A DNA stretch of 63,237 nt, counting the filler, from Octopus bimaculoides (lineage: Eukaryota), in the NCBI RefSeq assembly GCF_001194135.2. It is 5 parts of 4 records of this genome, joined end to end, with 100 filler letters (N's around TTAATTAATTAA, not from the genome) between each part and the next. Parts side by side here need not be neighbours in the genome. Positions count along the whole stretch, not along the records: positions 20,225 to 51,558 come from NC_068982.1; positions 51,659 to 56,651 come from NC_068986.1; positions 56,752 to 60,960 come from NC_068982.1; positions 61,061 to 63,237 come from NW_026415567.1; 1 more part is not named here. One strand, written 5' to 3'. The position numbers were made by a program, and so were the translations under genes. Positions 50,288-63,173 of the stretch are shown in pieces. The stretch's first letter is position 1. Each line of letters opens with the position of its first letter. The notes below the pieces were generated by a model. That model was not told the DNA's origin. It saw nothing but the letters and a program-made list of their open reading frames with translations, and made no database searches.

Positions 50288-50622
50288 CAAATGAGCAACA
50301 GGATACCAGAGGTGATGCAGTTTGACTGTTTCAAGCGATTTCGTTTAATTGATCAATGCAATCATTACATCATTTTTAATGCAGAGCTATCCTCAGCTGC
50401 ATAAATAAGTAAATAGAATAATTTAGACACTCGGACACATTTGTATAATTTGATTTAAGTCCTTAAAGAGGGCAAGAAGGCTTACAAAGTCCATGCTGTT
50501 TTCACTAAGAGCGGATAATAGCTCTGCATTTCAATTGATGCAATGATTGCCTTGTTCAATTAAATGGAGCCGCTTGAAACTGTCGTACTGCATCACTTCT
50601 GGATATCCTGTTGCTTATTTTG
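50288..50622. repeat. Inverted-repeat element, ~112-bp arms with ~110-bp spacer
   Basis: GCAACAGGATA-CCAGAGGTGATGCAG...TTTCAAGCG...TTTAATTGA...GCAATCATT...ATGCAGAGCTAT at 50288-50399 matches the reverse complement of 50509-50622. Confidence 0.85.
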
Positions 50623-51449
50623 GTATATATATATATACATCTACTATATATAGTATGTAAATAATATATCCGTTCGTAGAAAATATTTGATACAGCTATA
50701 TATGCACACACACGCACACATACACACACATATGTATATATACTTGTATACATATACACACATATATATATACACCTAAACATATATGTGTGTCTATGTG
50801 TTTGTATATGAGATATTTTGTGTGTACACATGTTAGATGAATGACAGATACTGACGAGTTTAGAGTTTCATGTAGATTATCATCGTCTAGTCTGCTTCCA
50901 GTATATTGGTTTGATTACTTCTCAACATCGTAATGTTACTATCTACGATATAAACAAGTGAAGGATAAATTATGATAAACACAAGTTGATAACACAAGTT
51001 TATATTATTATGAACAAATGTTATAAACTTGAGTATGTATATATGTATATGAGTGTGTGAGTATGTGTGTGGGTGCGTTTGGTTTTATGTATATATACTT
51101 GAAATTCCTCAACCAAACTTTCAAACAAATAATACTTTACACGTATAAATATCTAAATGCCCATACCTAATGACGTATATGTATTATTATCACGTGTTTG
51201 TTACAATTCTCTATGTTCCTTCGTCAGTATGATTTTATATGTTTCAGTTCATGTTTCATTTCTATGAGAATTGACGAATGACTTATTGATAAAAATCTGA
51301 AACAATAAACAATACTGTCTGATCACTTAATAAATATTTCCGCTCCGTTTTATTATCTTTTGTAATATTACCTTTGTAGGTTTCAGCTAAGTTAAACAGG
51401 TCTGTTGCTAACACAAGAATTGATACTACACGTGTGTGTGTGTGTGTGT

Positions 51450-51487
<38 letters not shown>

Positions 51488-51784
51488 TGTGTGCAGATAT
51501 ATGCGTGTGCTTACACATATGCGTGTCCATACATATATGTATGTGTGCGCGCATATATNNNNNNNNNNNNNNNNNNNNNNNNNNNNNNNNNNNNNNNNNN
51601 NNTTAATTAATTAANNNNNNNNNNNNNNNNNNNNNNNNNNNNNNNNNNNNNNNNNNNNTATATATATATATATACATGTATATATATTCATAAGTATACA
51701 CAAACGTATGTAAATATATATGCATGCATGTATCTGTAAATAAATTCATACGCACTCTATAAAATAGAAACTACACTGAAAGAA

Positions 51785-53300
51785 GACCAGGCATTGGAGA
51801 ATATAATGTCTTATCCCAAGTTCTTTTTCCACTTTGCTGAACAAAAATCTTCTCCACGAAACCAGATTGACCTTCTAATGGACCAAATTGGATCATGTAG
51901 TAATGATTCACCTCAAATATGCGCTCTTTTGAGTTAACAGCATGACAATGCATTTTCTCCACCCAAAATCAAAGTAATCCAAACGAATTCTTTGATCTCC
52001 AGAATTCAACAGCAGAGACACGTCTAGAAATTAATGATATTATGGAAGACTATATACTTGCAGCTATCAATGACCTAGATTTAAAGTCAGCATCTGCTTC
52101 AGATGGTCTCCTAGCCATCTTGTTAAAAACATGCAGAAACAGTCTCGCTGTTACTTCAAAAGTCGTTAGACACTGGCATATTCTCAGAACTACTGAAAGG
52201 TGCAATAGTAACACCTATACACAAAGGAAGTAACAGCATTGAAGCTAAAAATTACAGACCTGTTTCTCTCACATCTCACACATTTAAAATTATCGAACGC
52301 ATTGTCTGAAGAAGAATGATTGCGCACTTTGAGGAAAACAACCTCTTGGGTTTTCAGATTGGACGAAGTTACATGTCACAACTATTACATCATAACACTA
52401 TCTTCAATAGTCTTTTGAGAGGTACGAGCACTTGATTTTTCTAAAACGTTTGACAAAATTGTTCATGGAGTCATCTGTCATAGGCTATCTTGGTATCACT
52501 GGAAAACTCGGGGAATAGCTTTTTGATTTCTGCAAAGTCACATGTAATAAGTGGTATATTTCACGGTACGGTTTTCGGACCATTATTATTTATCCTCACC
52601 TTATTAGATATAAGCACACAAGTGCACTCGGCCAACCTGAAGAACTACGCTGGTCACACAAAATTATCGATGGCTATCGATATTTTTGTGTGATCCAGAA
52701 GATGCCCTCAAACTTAAAATGAGCTAAACCTCATTTATCAAAGGATAGATGAAAACAATATGAAATTTAATATATCAAAAATTTCATTCGCTGCATTACG
52801 AGGGGAATACACATGAATTACATTATTTGATACCAGATAATGATTCAAAGCGCCAATGACATACGAGATTTAGGAGTAATTATGTCAAATGATGCAGCTT
52901 CAATCAGGTACATCACCAGACTGGCCTCTAAATGCAAACATCTCACAGAATGGATCCTACGAACTTTCGTGACAAGAGAACCGGTAGTTATGCCGACACT
53001 ATGGAAAAGCTTTGTTCGGATCTGATTAGATTACTGCTCAGTTTTGGTCTCCAAACTCTTCCGGTCTCACAGAAGAGATTGGAGGGTTAATAAGAACGCT
53101 CATTAGTAAAATAATTTCGGTTAAAAGCTTTAATCACTGGTAACTTCTGAAAGCTCTGCATCTCTACTCTCCTGAATGCCATTACTATCATATACGTATG
53201 TCATATTTTGGAGGGGCAAGTTTCAAACTCCGGCATTAGAAAAAAATTTAACGAATTGATACATACTGTCAGCTTCTAATTATACCACCTTTAAAATCAC
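51785..53300 (+). mobile_element. CR1/L2-group LINE RT region, degenerate
   Basis: QALENIMSYPKFFFHF; AAINDLDLKSASASDG; KNYRPVSLTSHTFKIIERIV; HGTVFGPLLFIL; IRDLGVIMS; WILRTFVTREP...LDYCS. Confidence 0.85.
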
Positions 53301-53777
53301 GAGCAAAACACTTTATTGTACCAGTAATAATATTTAAAGGTCCTCAATTTATTTAAAGGAGGCATTATTTAAAGAAAGCATTGTAAATACACTCACGCCA
53401 TTAATACTTTCATTACATAAACATTATAAAATCTCAGAATTTCCATCTACTTGAAGAAATCTATATCAAGACTGCTCCTACATATAACGTGATCGCTGCT
53501 GCAAGACATTTTCGTCTCTCTCTGATATGTATTGTGTTTTAAACACAGCAAATACATAGGAGATATTGTCTCAGGACAAATATTGCAGTAGCCAATAGTG
53601 TGTATATATTAAGTTTGATACATGCATGGCTATTTTGATTAAATACTTCTTTAATTGCATATATTGGACACGCCTGCACGCATTAACATACACACACACA
53701 CGCATACACACACGTACGCACATACACACATATAGGCGCGCGCACACGCACACATACGTATATATATATATAGAGAG

Positions 53778-53818
<41 letters not shown>

Positions 53819-53823
53819 TAGAT

Positions 53824-53878
<55 letters not shown>

Positions 53879-54404
53879 TACACGCATGATTATGTGACCG
53901 ATCAACAGATATTGTTACACNNNNNNNNNNNNNNNNNNNNNNNNNNNNNNNNNNNNNNNNNNNNNNNNNNNNNNNNNNNNNNNNNNNNNNNNNNNNNNNN
54001 NNNNNNNNNNNNNNNNNNNNNNNNNNNNNNNNNNNNNNNNNNNNNNNNNNNNNNNNNNNNNNNNNNNNNNNNNNNNNNNNNNNNNNNNNNNNNNNNNNNN
54101 NNNNNNNNNNNNNNNNNNNNNNNNNNNNNNNNNNNNNNNNNNNNNNNNNNNNNNNNNNNNNNNNNNNNNNNNNNNNNNNNNNNNNNNNNNNNNNNNNNNN
54201 NNNNNNNNNNNNNNNNNNNNNNNNNNNNNNNNNNNNNNNNNNNNNNNNNNNNNNNNNNNNNNNNNNNNNNNNNNNNNNNNNNNNNNNNNNNNNNNNNNNN
54301 NNNNNNNNNNNNNNNNNNNNNNNNNNNNNNNNNNNNNNNNNNNNNNNNNNNNNNNNNNNNNNNNNNNNNNNNNNNNNNNNNNNNNNNNNNNNNNNNNNNN
54401 NNNN

Positions 54405-54725
54405 GTAAGAAGCTTGCTTCCAAGCTACATGGTTCCGTGTTCAGTCCCACTGCGTGGCACCTTGGGCAAGTGTCTTCTACTATAGCCTCGGGCCGACCAA
54501 AGCCATGTCAGTGGATTTGGTAGGCGGAAACTGAAAGAAGGCCGTCGTATATATATATTTCTGTATCTGTGTTTGTCCTCCCACCATCGTCGCTTCACAA
54601 CCATCGCCAAAAGAATAAGTGCTAGGCTTACAAAGAATAAGTCCTGGGGTAGATTTGTTCGACTAAAGGCGGTGTTCCAGCATGGCTTCAGTCAAATGAC
54701 TGAAACAAGTAAAAGAATAAAAGAA
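54405..54725 (+). mobile_element. SINE family B
   Basis: Colinear with 22441-22832. Confidence 0.85.
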
Positions 54726-54999
54726 TATATATATTCATGGATTGCTCGAAATACGGATTAGAAAAAACAGCCGACAACTGAGGAAGGGTCTTTGTGTTGC
54801 ATGTCTTGTTTTCCATTTGTTGCTTTCGTTGTTCACAAAAGAGTTCATATTCCATGCATTCGTATTTCGTAATTTATGTTGTTTAAGTTCTGTGAAGTCC
54901 TGTGCCCACATATGCATATGTATATACTTATATACGTAAGTATTTACATATACATATGTATATATGTATATATATATATATATATACACATGTACATAA

Positions 55000-55250
55000 A
55001 GGGTAAAGGCTTACCTTCGGTCATGAAAGTATATGGGATTGCACCTAGAAAGTTCCCTTTCGAGGCACAAATCCGAACGAGGTTGTTTATGGAAGACCAG
55101 CAGTCACCCATGCGTACAAACATGCCTTCACGCTACTCATGTTATCCAAGGGAAAGACACAAACCGATACAGCTGGCACCATCCATGTCATAACTCAGTT
55201 CTACAGCTAAGTGTACTGGGGCAACGTGAAATAAAGTTTCCTGCTCAAGA

Positions 55251-55252
<2 letters not shown>
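55000..55252 (-). mobile_element. SINE fragment (family C-like central and 3' part)
   Basis: Minus strand GTGTTCTTGAGCAGGAAACTTTATTTCACGTTGCCCCAGTACAC resembles the GTGTCCTTAAACAAGGCACTTCATTTC segment of family C. Confidence 0.55.
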
Positions 55253-55283
<31 letters not shown>

Positions 55284-56751
55284 TACATATATATATNNNN
55301 NNNNNNNNNNNNNNNNNNNNNNNNNNNNNNNNNNNNNNNNNNNNNNNNNNNNNNNNNNNNNNNNNNNNNNNNNNNNNNNNNNNNNNNNNNNNNNNNNNNN
55401 NNNNNNNNNNNNNNNNNNNNNNNNNNNNNNNNNNNNNNNNNNNNNNNNNNNNNNNNNNNNNNNNNNNNNNNNNNNNNNNNNNNNNNNNNNNNNNNNNNNN
55501 NNNNNNNNNNNNNNNNNNNNNNNNNNNNNNNNNNNNNNNNNNNNNNNNNNNNNNNNNNNNNNNNNNNNNNNNNNNNNNNNNNNNNNNNNNNNNNNNNNNN
55601 NNNNNNNNNNNNNNNNNNNNNNNNNNNNNNNNNNNNNNNNNNNNNNNNNNNNNNNNNNNNNNNNNNNNNNNNNNNNNNNNNNNNNNNNNNNNNNNNNNNN
55701 NNNNNNNNNNNNNNNNNNNNNNNNNNNNNNNNNNNNNNNNNNNNNNNNNNNNNNNNNNNNNNNNNNNNNNNNNNNNNNNNNNNNNNNNNNNNNNNNNNNN
55801 NNNNNNNNNNNNNNNNNNNNNNNNNNNNNNNNNNNTATATATATATATATATATATGCGTATGAATACAGGTATGTATGTATGTATATATGTATATACAT
55901 ATAAACATATGGTGCCACAAACAACAAACACATGGTCTTACCTTTCACTAAATATTTCCTATGAATTTCACTTCTTCAAAATGCTTCTTAGCATAACCTG
56001 ACGAAGTGTAACACTACAAATACAATAAATGACTCTTGAATATTTCTAACATACGTATCAGATATCAAACAGAATTCGATTCCTCTTCGCGAATCCAGAG
56101 AGATCATATTTATCAAGAATCTCAACGTTTGCAGCGGAGTAGTTATCTGCCTTTTGTCTTGTTTCTTTTTAATTTTTTCTCCTGCAGGTGTCTCTCTACA
56201 TCAGTATCTCACTCTGTCCTAATTGTTAGTAAAGCAGAAGAACCGCTCTAACGTTGAAAGTAATATTTTAACTGAATTCTAACGAGAATTGACATTCTGT
56301 CAGTGACGTGACAAAGGATTTTTTCTTTTATCTGACAGTGAAAGAAAAAGATATATACAAACATATGTAGAGTACATTTATAGCCTAGTTAATTTGCAAA
56401 AGAAACTCGGTATTTTCTTATACAACAATGTTGTAGAAATTGATTAATTCAGAAACAAGAATATTTTTGATTTATTAAAATTATCTCCCTTCTCATTCTG
56501 AAGATAGTCCTAAGTTAATATACCCTTATCAAAATAGGCATATGTATGTGTATATATACACGCATATATGTATGTATGCATATGTGTGTGTGTATAGATA
56601 GACGCATACATACATGCATACATATATACGTACCATACATATGCATATATANNNNNNNNNNNNNNNNNNNNNNNNNNNNNNNNNNNNNNNNNNNNTTAAT
56701 TAATTAANNNNNNNNNNNNNNNNNNNNNNNNNNNNNNNNNNNNNNNNNNNN

Positions 56752-56797
<46 letters not shown>

Positions 56798-56869
56798 TGC
56801 GCAACAGTCTCCTTCAGTTTTTATCTACAAATCCACTCACAAGGCTTTGATCAGCTTCAGACTATAGTA

Positions 56870-57537
56870 CGAGGGGAAGTAAAAAATTATCTATCCACAC
56901 TTTCACCATAACATATCTTTATTATTGTCTCACTGCCTTCAGTGCATGCATACTTATAGTTGGTTCTATTGTGGTCATGTGATCAAAGTTTGAGTCTGAT
57001 CACACCATTTTTCACTCTGGTTTTACAGTGTAACCATGGCTGCTCCACTAGCAATGTACACCAAAGAAGGACAAAAAGCAATGATCTGATTTCTCTGGCC
57101 GGAAGGTGTGTCAGGTGCTGAAATTCATTGGAAGCTTTTACTACAATACAGGGACAGTGCACTGCCGCATAGATCAAGGTGGATCAAGAAGTTTAAAAGT
57201 GGCCAGACAAGTGTGATACACAAAGAAGGAGCAGGACGCTCATCAACTTCCATCACTGATGAGAAAATTCAGCAAGCTCAAGAAATGGTAATGGTGAGCT
57301 AGTTCACTATTACCATCTCTCGGATCACTGATCTATGTTCGTCTTTGGTGCACATTGCTAGTGGAGAGTGACCATGCTTATATTGTAAAGCCAGAAAGAA
57401 AAATGGCATGATCAGGCTCAAACTTTATTCACATGACCACAATAGTACCAACTAAATGCACACATGTGCAGAAAGCAGTGTGACATTAATAAAGATATGT
57501 TATGATGAAAGTGCAGATAATTTTTGACTTCCCCTCA
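56870..57537. mobile_element. Foldback mariner derivative made of two inverted left ends, inserted at TA inside a SINE B fragment
   Basis: TA|CGAGGGGAAGTAAAAAATTATC...GATAATTTTTGACTTCCCCTCA|TA with ~215-bp inverted arms. Transposase 5' remnant (GVSGAEIH...RWIKKFKSGQTSV...GRSSTSITDEKIQQAQEMV). Confidence 0.88.
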
Positions 57538-57553
57538 TAGAAGATATTATGTA

Positions 57554-57584
<31 letters not shown>

Positions 57585-58029
57585 CTGTGAGTGTATATAT
57601 ATGTGTGTGTGTGTGTGTGTGTATTAGAAATCATAATTAAGAAATGTGTTGCAACTTTAGAATATATGGGTTTCTTTTTGTCATTATACATCCACTCCTT
57701 TTCTGTTTCCTTTATTCTCTCGCATCTTTTCTCTCACTTTTAAAAAAATAATAGTATGTAGATGTGTCTCAAGTTAAAGTAGTTTACTTGATCTACAGTT
57801 TAGTTATGATCTGCAATATCTAATTGAAATGAAAAATAAAACCCACGTGAGATTTCAAGTATTGTGAAAAACTGTGATGAGTAAAAGTTCGACTTTTTAT
57901 CAATTGGTGTTCAGAAATATATGTATATGACTTACTAAAATCATTTTTAAGTTATCAATTTAAAAAAAAAATTTGTATTGCATAAGTATTTACTGTGAAA
58001 TAGCTGTAGATTTGAATGAAGTCTCTTTA

Positions 58030-59303
58030 CAAGGGTAGGCTGAAAAATTCATAGTCTGATTATGAAGGAGTGAAGCTAGAGTTGGGAAATCTTGCATGCT
58101 TTAATTTCAGCTCTTCTTATTAATAAGTGCATTATTTCTTTTCAGGTGAACTGACATCCAACCGTTCGAAAAAAGACTTGAAAAGTAACTAGTAGCCACT
58201 TCTCTTGAAAATTGACAAAATTTGGCATCATGGTGTTATCAAGTACCTGAAGGAAAAGGGTTTAGCTCCCTAAAGATGTTCATGCTGACATGGTTGCTAC
58301 ATTAGGGGATGATGTTCCAGCTTCTTCAATTGTGTGAAAATGGGTAGCTGAATCTAAGAGGGAAAGGGAGTGTCTTAGAGATGACTTGAAGTCTGGACAT
58401 TCTGTAACTGCCACCACTGAAGAAAACATTGATTGTATTCACCATACAGAGATGGATGACAAACAATTAACTATAAGCCAAACAGCTTGTGCCATTAGCA
58501 TATCTCGTGAGAGAGTTGAGAACATTTTACACAATGCACTTGGCACGACAAAGGTTTCTGCTTGGTGGCTGCTATGTCTTCTGACACCAACTCAAAAGTG
58601 CACCAGACTGATCATATCATGAGAAAATCTGAAATTGTTCGAGTTAGATTTAGCTGGTTTCCTTAAACGTTTCCCTAAGCTAAGATGAGTGTTGGATTCA
58701 TCACTTTGAGCCAGAGACAAAGAGACAATCCATACAATGAAAACACCACTCCTCACTGCTCTAAGAAGGCCAAAGTCATTTCACCTACTGGGAAGGCGAC
58801 AGCCTCAGGTTTTTGGGATGTAAATGGCCTTGTGTTTATTGTGTATCTTCAAAAGGTCTGTATTATCAATAGAAAGTACTATACCAACTTGCTGAGGCAG
58901 TTATGAAAGGCCATCAAGATCAAACAGCCAGGGGTCTTGTTTCATCAGGACTATGTTCCAGCACACAAATCTGTTGTTTCTATGGCTACTGTACATCACT
59001 GTGACTTTGACCTGTTTGATCTCACCTTCCCTACTGATTTGGCCTCACCTGACTATCATCTGTTCCCCAACATGAAAAACACACTGGGCTGGGAACCAGT
59101 AGAGCAGAGATGATGTCATATCTACTGCTGATGACTTTTTTGACCAATAGGATGAAAGCTTCTCCACTGATGGGATCCAAGAAGTGCAACACCAATGGAA
59201 GAAATGTGTAGAGTGTAAAAAGGACTGTTGAAAAATAAACCTCATTTGGTCACATTCCATGAAAGTATCTTGGTGAGCTTATGAACATTTTAGCCAACCC
59301 TTG
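58030..59303 (+). mobile_element. Full-length (1274 bp) degenerate mariner, DD34D type
   Basis: TIRs CAAGGGTAGGCTGAAAAATTCATA / TATGAACATTTTAGCCAACCCTTG with TA TSDs. Peptides KVSAWWLLCLLT (WVPRLLT), DECWIHHFEPETKRQS, HQDYVPAH, DLASPDYHLFPNMK. Confidence 0.92.
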
Positions 59304-60303
59304 TACTTTAATGATTCTACTTTGAATGGAATAGTAAACTTTAAGATGCATTGAAAATTAATGTTTACTAAATATAACAAAACAAACACTTGATAAATTA
59401 TATAGTAAGGTATAATTAAATTGTGGCTCTATTTTCATACCCTTTATTTATTTATGTATTTTGGTTTGTTCCTGGAAATGTTGCTACTGATTTTTAAACT
59501 ATATATTTTACTTTTCATTTACAATATTGTTGTTGAATTTAATGACCTTTGCAAAATTTGAAATCATTATTTAACTTTTTTGAAATTAAAAGCAATTTAT
59601 AAAATAGAATTCCTATATGCCATATGTGTCTATCAAATTACAGTTGTTAAACAATGATATTCCCAGATATATCAATGTCATTCATCTCATAAGACTATTA
59701 AAAAGTCATTTCTTGGTCTCAAGTGATCTTGATGAATTAATGTGCCCAAAGGCACTGAGAAATGATGCAGCTGTTTTATTTGATAACATTTTGTACCACA
59801 TTAGTATTTGATAAACTGTTTAATATGTTTTGTAATAAAAATCTTTTGAAATTGTCAGCAAATAACTGAACAGTACAGTTTTAGATTTCCAGTATTGAAA
59901 CAGAGAAGTCTGCATATAAATGCCTATGTATGCATATGTGTGGCGGGTTGTCTGAATACATGTATACAACTTTACATTTGTGATTGGATATGGAGTATAT
60001 TAGTGAGTATATATAGCTTGTATATTTATGTGTCTATGTAGTGTTATCTGTTGACCTCCTAAACTAACTTCTCCTCTCACTTCGATCCCTGTTATCACCT
60101 CATAGCTTTTCTATCTCAAGGGTGTAGCATACATGTTTTCCTTTCCTTTCTCTGTTATTTTTTCCCCTTTATATCCCCTTCATCTTTTACTTCTGGGGCT
60201 GTGAAGTATAGATATTTTTGATTTCTTAGTACTACACACTCATCTATCTAGCAATGTCTATTTTTCCACACACACACATATGAATGCATATGTATATATA
60301 TGC

Positions 60304-60353
<50 letters not shown>

Positions 60354-60354
60354 A

Positions 60355-60536
60355 TGCATTAAATATTACAAAACATACACATTGGACAGACACCAGGACC
60401 CTAATTCTTCATCAGTTATCGACTGAAAATACTAATAAAGGCATGAAACTAGGTATTAGTATTTTTGGTTGATAGCTGATGAAGAATTAAGGCCATGGTG
60501 GCTGTTCTATGTGTATGTTTTGTAGTATTTAATGCA
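60355..60536. repeat. 182-bp palindrome (83-bp arms, 16-nt loop) next to (TA)n
   Basis: Arms 60355-60437 and 60454-60536; 11 mismatches and no indels by manual alignment. Confidence 0.92.
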
Positions 60537-60617
60537 ATTTTTGTTTATGGAATAACTGAACGCCACACATCTCAACTTTATATATATATACATATATATA
60601 TACATATATATATATAC

Positions 60618-60960
60618 CAGGGGCGTGCACTCTCAGGCATGCAAGGTAAGCGCTGCATGTTCTGTGATTTTTTATCCATATCATCGGAAAATTAGATAAA
60701 ATAGTTACTTTTGTTTCAAAGAGACTCCGTCCAGGTGTTTTCAAAATATTCTACCTTCCCCTCTCTCACTGACTCGTACGTCTGCTTTGAGAAGACCACG
60801 TGACACCCCCTCTCTGTCTCTTTGTTAGTGTAGAATTGTTGCTAACCTCGTTCCACTTTCTGACCTGAACAATAGCAATCCCATAATTCCTGAGTTAGCC
60901 AACTGAAATGTCGGAATAAACTGGCGGTAAATTAAAATTTTTTTTTATTCAAAACATCTG
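60618..60960 (+). mobile_element. Possible hAT-type terminus
   Basis: CAGGGGCGTGCAC start resembles hAT TIRs. No partner end or TSD is visible (gap follows). Confidence 0.3.
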
Positions 60961-61060
60961 NNNNNNNNNNNNNNNNNNNNNNNNNNNNNNNNNNNNNNNN
61001 NNNNTTAATTAATTAANNNNNNNNNNNNNNNNNNNNNNNNNNNNNNNNNNNNNNNNNNNN

Positions 61061-61101
<41 letters not shown>

Positions 61102-61111
61102 CACACCCGCT

Positions 61112-61770
61112 CGAGTTCTGATCAATAAGTATCCGGACTGTTGCCATGTTATCGAAGGTAAAGCCGCTTGGCATAGATTGATCTTGAACTCTGCTGCTTT
61201 AACGTTCTACTTCACCTCCATCGTTTACAGCAGAGAATCTGCATCAAATTTTGCAAATAGCTTGGCGGTTCCTGCCCAAAGGCCTACGCAAAGTTTTCGA
61301 AAAGTTTTCGTCGTTCTCGACACAATGAAGGAGATCTTGTGCAACTGAAACCCGAGTGACTTTTGGGTCAGCAAGAAAGCAGTTTTGGCACAACCCTGGC
61401 AGACATGCGTCTCATACCCAAATCTACAGTGGTAATGGACTGAACTGAACCGTAACTAGTCTGCATATACCTCTGATAACTCAAGGATTGTGATTCGACG
61501 ATTTCCTCTCACAGTTGCACGTACATCTGCGATGTTTTTCTCAGTTCTGCTGATTGCGGGTCTCCCAGAACTTTTGTCAATATCGACGCTTTCTCGGCCA
61601 TCTGGGAAACGTCTGAACCTCTCGTACATTCCTCTCCATACACTTTCTGCAAATCTGCGTAGACCTCTAAGCAGGTATCGCCATGACAACTTTCACTGTC
61701 ATGGTCAATGCGACGATCACACGCTACACACCTTCCTTCCAAGCACTCATCAGCCAATGCTTTATTGATA
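61112..61770 (-). mobile_element. Mariner remnant
   Basis: LQKVYGEEC...ERFRRFPDGRESVDIDKSSGRPAISRTEKNIADVRATVRGNRRITILELS. TIR-like CGAGTTCTGATCAATAAGTATCCGGACTG at 61112. Confidence 0.75.
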
Positions 61771-61863
61771 GTACACTCTGTGTTTCTCTCTCTCTCTATA
61801 TATATATATATATGTATTCCTCTTTCCGCTTCTCCCACTCTATATGTTTTCTGGTTTTCATTC

Positions 61864-61897
<34 letters not shown>

Positions 61898-62664
61898 AGT
61901 GAAATGCATTCAATAATTCTACTCGATATATTTTCGATTTCTGATTTGATTTAGCTTGGAATGGAGGTGTATTGACTTCCGTTCTGCATGCCGATCCATA
62001 GACGTAGATATGTATATATAATTATGGACTGACACCCCAAACACTCACCCACCCACCCATCCACAAGCGCGTGCATACTCGCCTGTGTGACTAATGATTG
62101 ACTGTATGAATGTATAGTGCACGTATATGTATATTTTGTTTTTACGTCAAGGTATGCTTGTAAATCCNNNNNNNNNNNNNNNNNNNNNNNNNNNNNNNNN
62201 NNNNNNNNNNNNNNNNNNNNNNNNNNNNNNNNNNNNNNNNNNNNNNNNNNNNNNNNNNNNNNNNNNNNNNNNNNNNNNNNNNNNNNNNNNNNNNNNNNNN
62301 NNNNNNNNNNNNNNNNNNNNNNNNNNNNNNNNNNNNNNNNNNNNNNNNNNNNNNNNNNNNNNNNNNNNNNNNNNNNNNNNNNNNNNNNNNNNNNNNNNNN
62401 NNNNNNNNNNNNNNNNNNNNNNNNNNNNNNNNNNNNNNNNNNNNNNNNNNNNNNNNNNNNNNNNNNNNNNNNNNNNNNNNNNNNNNNNNNNNNNNNNNNN
62501 NNNNNNNNNNNNNNNNNNNNNNNNNNNNNNNNNNNNNNNNNNNNNNNNNNNNNCGAAGATACAAGTAATACCGAGTAAGTGCTGTATACCGGCTAGGTAT
62601 GCCCCAATAGCTGTATGTACAGGATTGGGGATTATAATTCGTGTATTAGCGTGTGTATGTATAA

Positions 62665-62759
62665 ATATATAAAAGGATAAAGAGAACAATGGCAAAGCTA
62701 GAAATATATTTTATTTATCCATAAAATATATTTCTAACTTTACTATTGTTCTCTTTATC

Positions 62760-62770
<11 letters not shown>
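62665..62770. repeat. 106-bp AT-rich palindrome (48-bp arms) merging into (TA)n
   Basis: Arms 62665-62712 and 62723-62770; 3 transition mismatches. Confidence 0.92.
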
Positions 62771-62794
<24 letters not shown>

Positions 62795-62798
<4 letters not shown>

Positions 62799-63055
62799 CA
62801 TTGTACCAAAGGTACCGTCCACTCTATCGAAATTCAGGACTAGGTATTTCAGTAGTCTAGGGTCCAAAATCCCACAGTTCTTCAATGCCCTGCTACAAAA
62901 ATTAAGAAATGCTGCATAAAGTGGAAGTAGATGTCTTCAAAAAGGAACTAAACATCCACCTCACTACAATACTGGATGAACCAACAGCCCGACATGAGGT
63001 GCAAACAAGGGCAGCGGAATCAAATTCAATTATACACCAAATGTACCAACAGCTG
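62795..63055 (+). mobile_element. CR1-group LINE 3' end fragment
   Basis: CIVPKVPS...PQFFNAL...VDVFKKELNIHLTTILDEPT...RAAESNSIIHQ. Confidence 0.7.
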
Positions 63056-63173
63056 GGAAAAGGGCACATACAGGAGTGGTGAAACCCCCAGACTGAAGAA
63101 GACAGAACGACCATGGTGGTGCTCCAGCATGACCACAACCACATTGATATCCTTCTGTCTACCTATTTATCTG

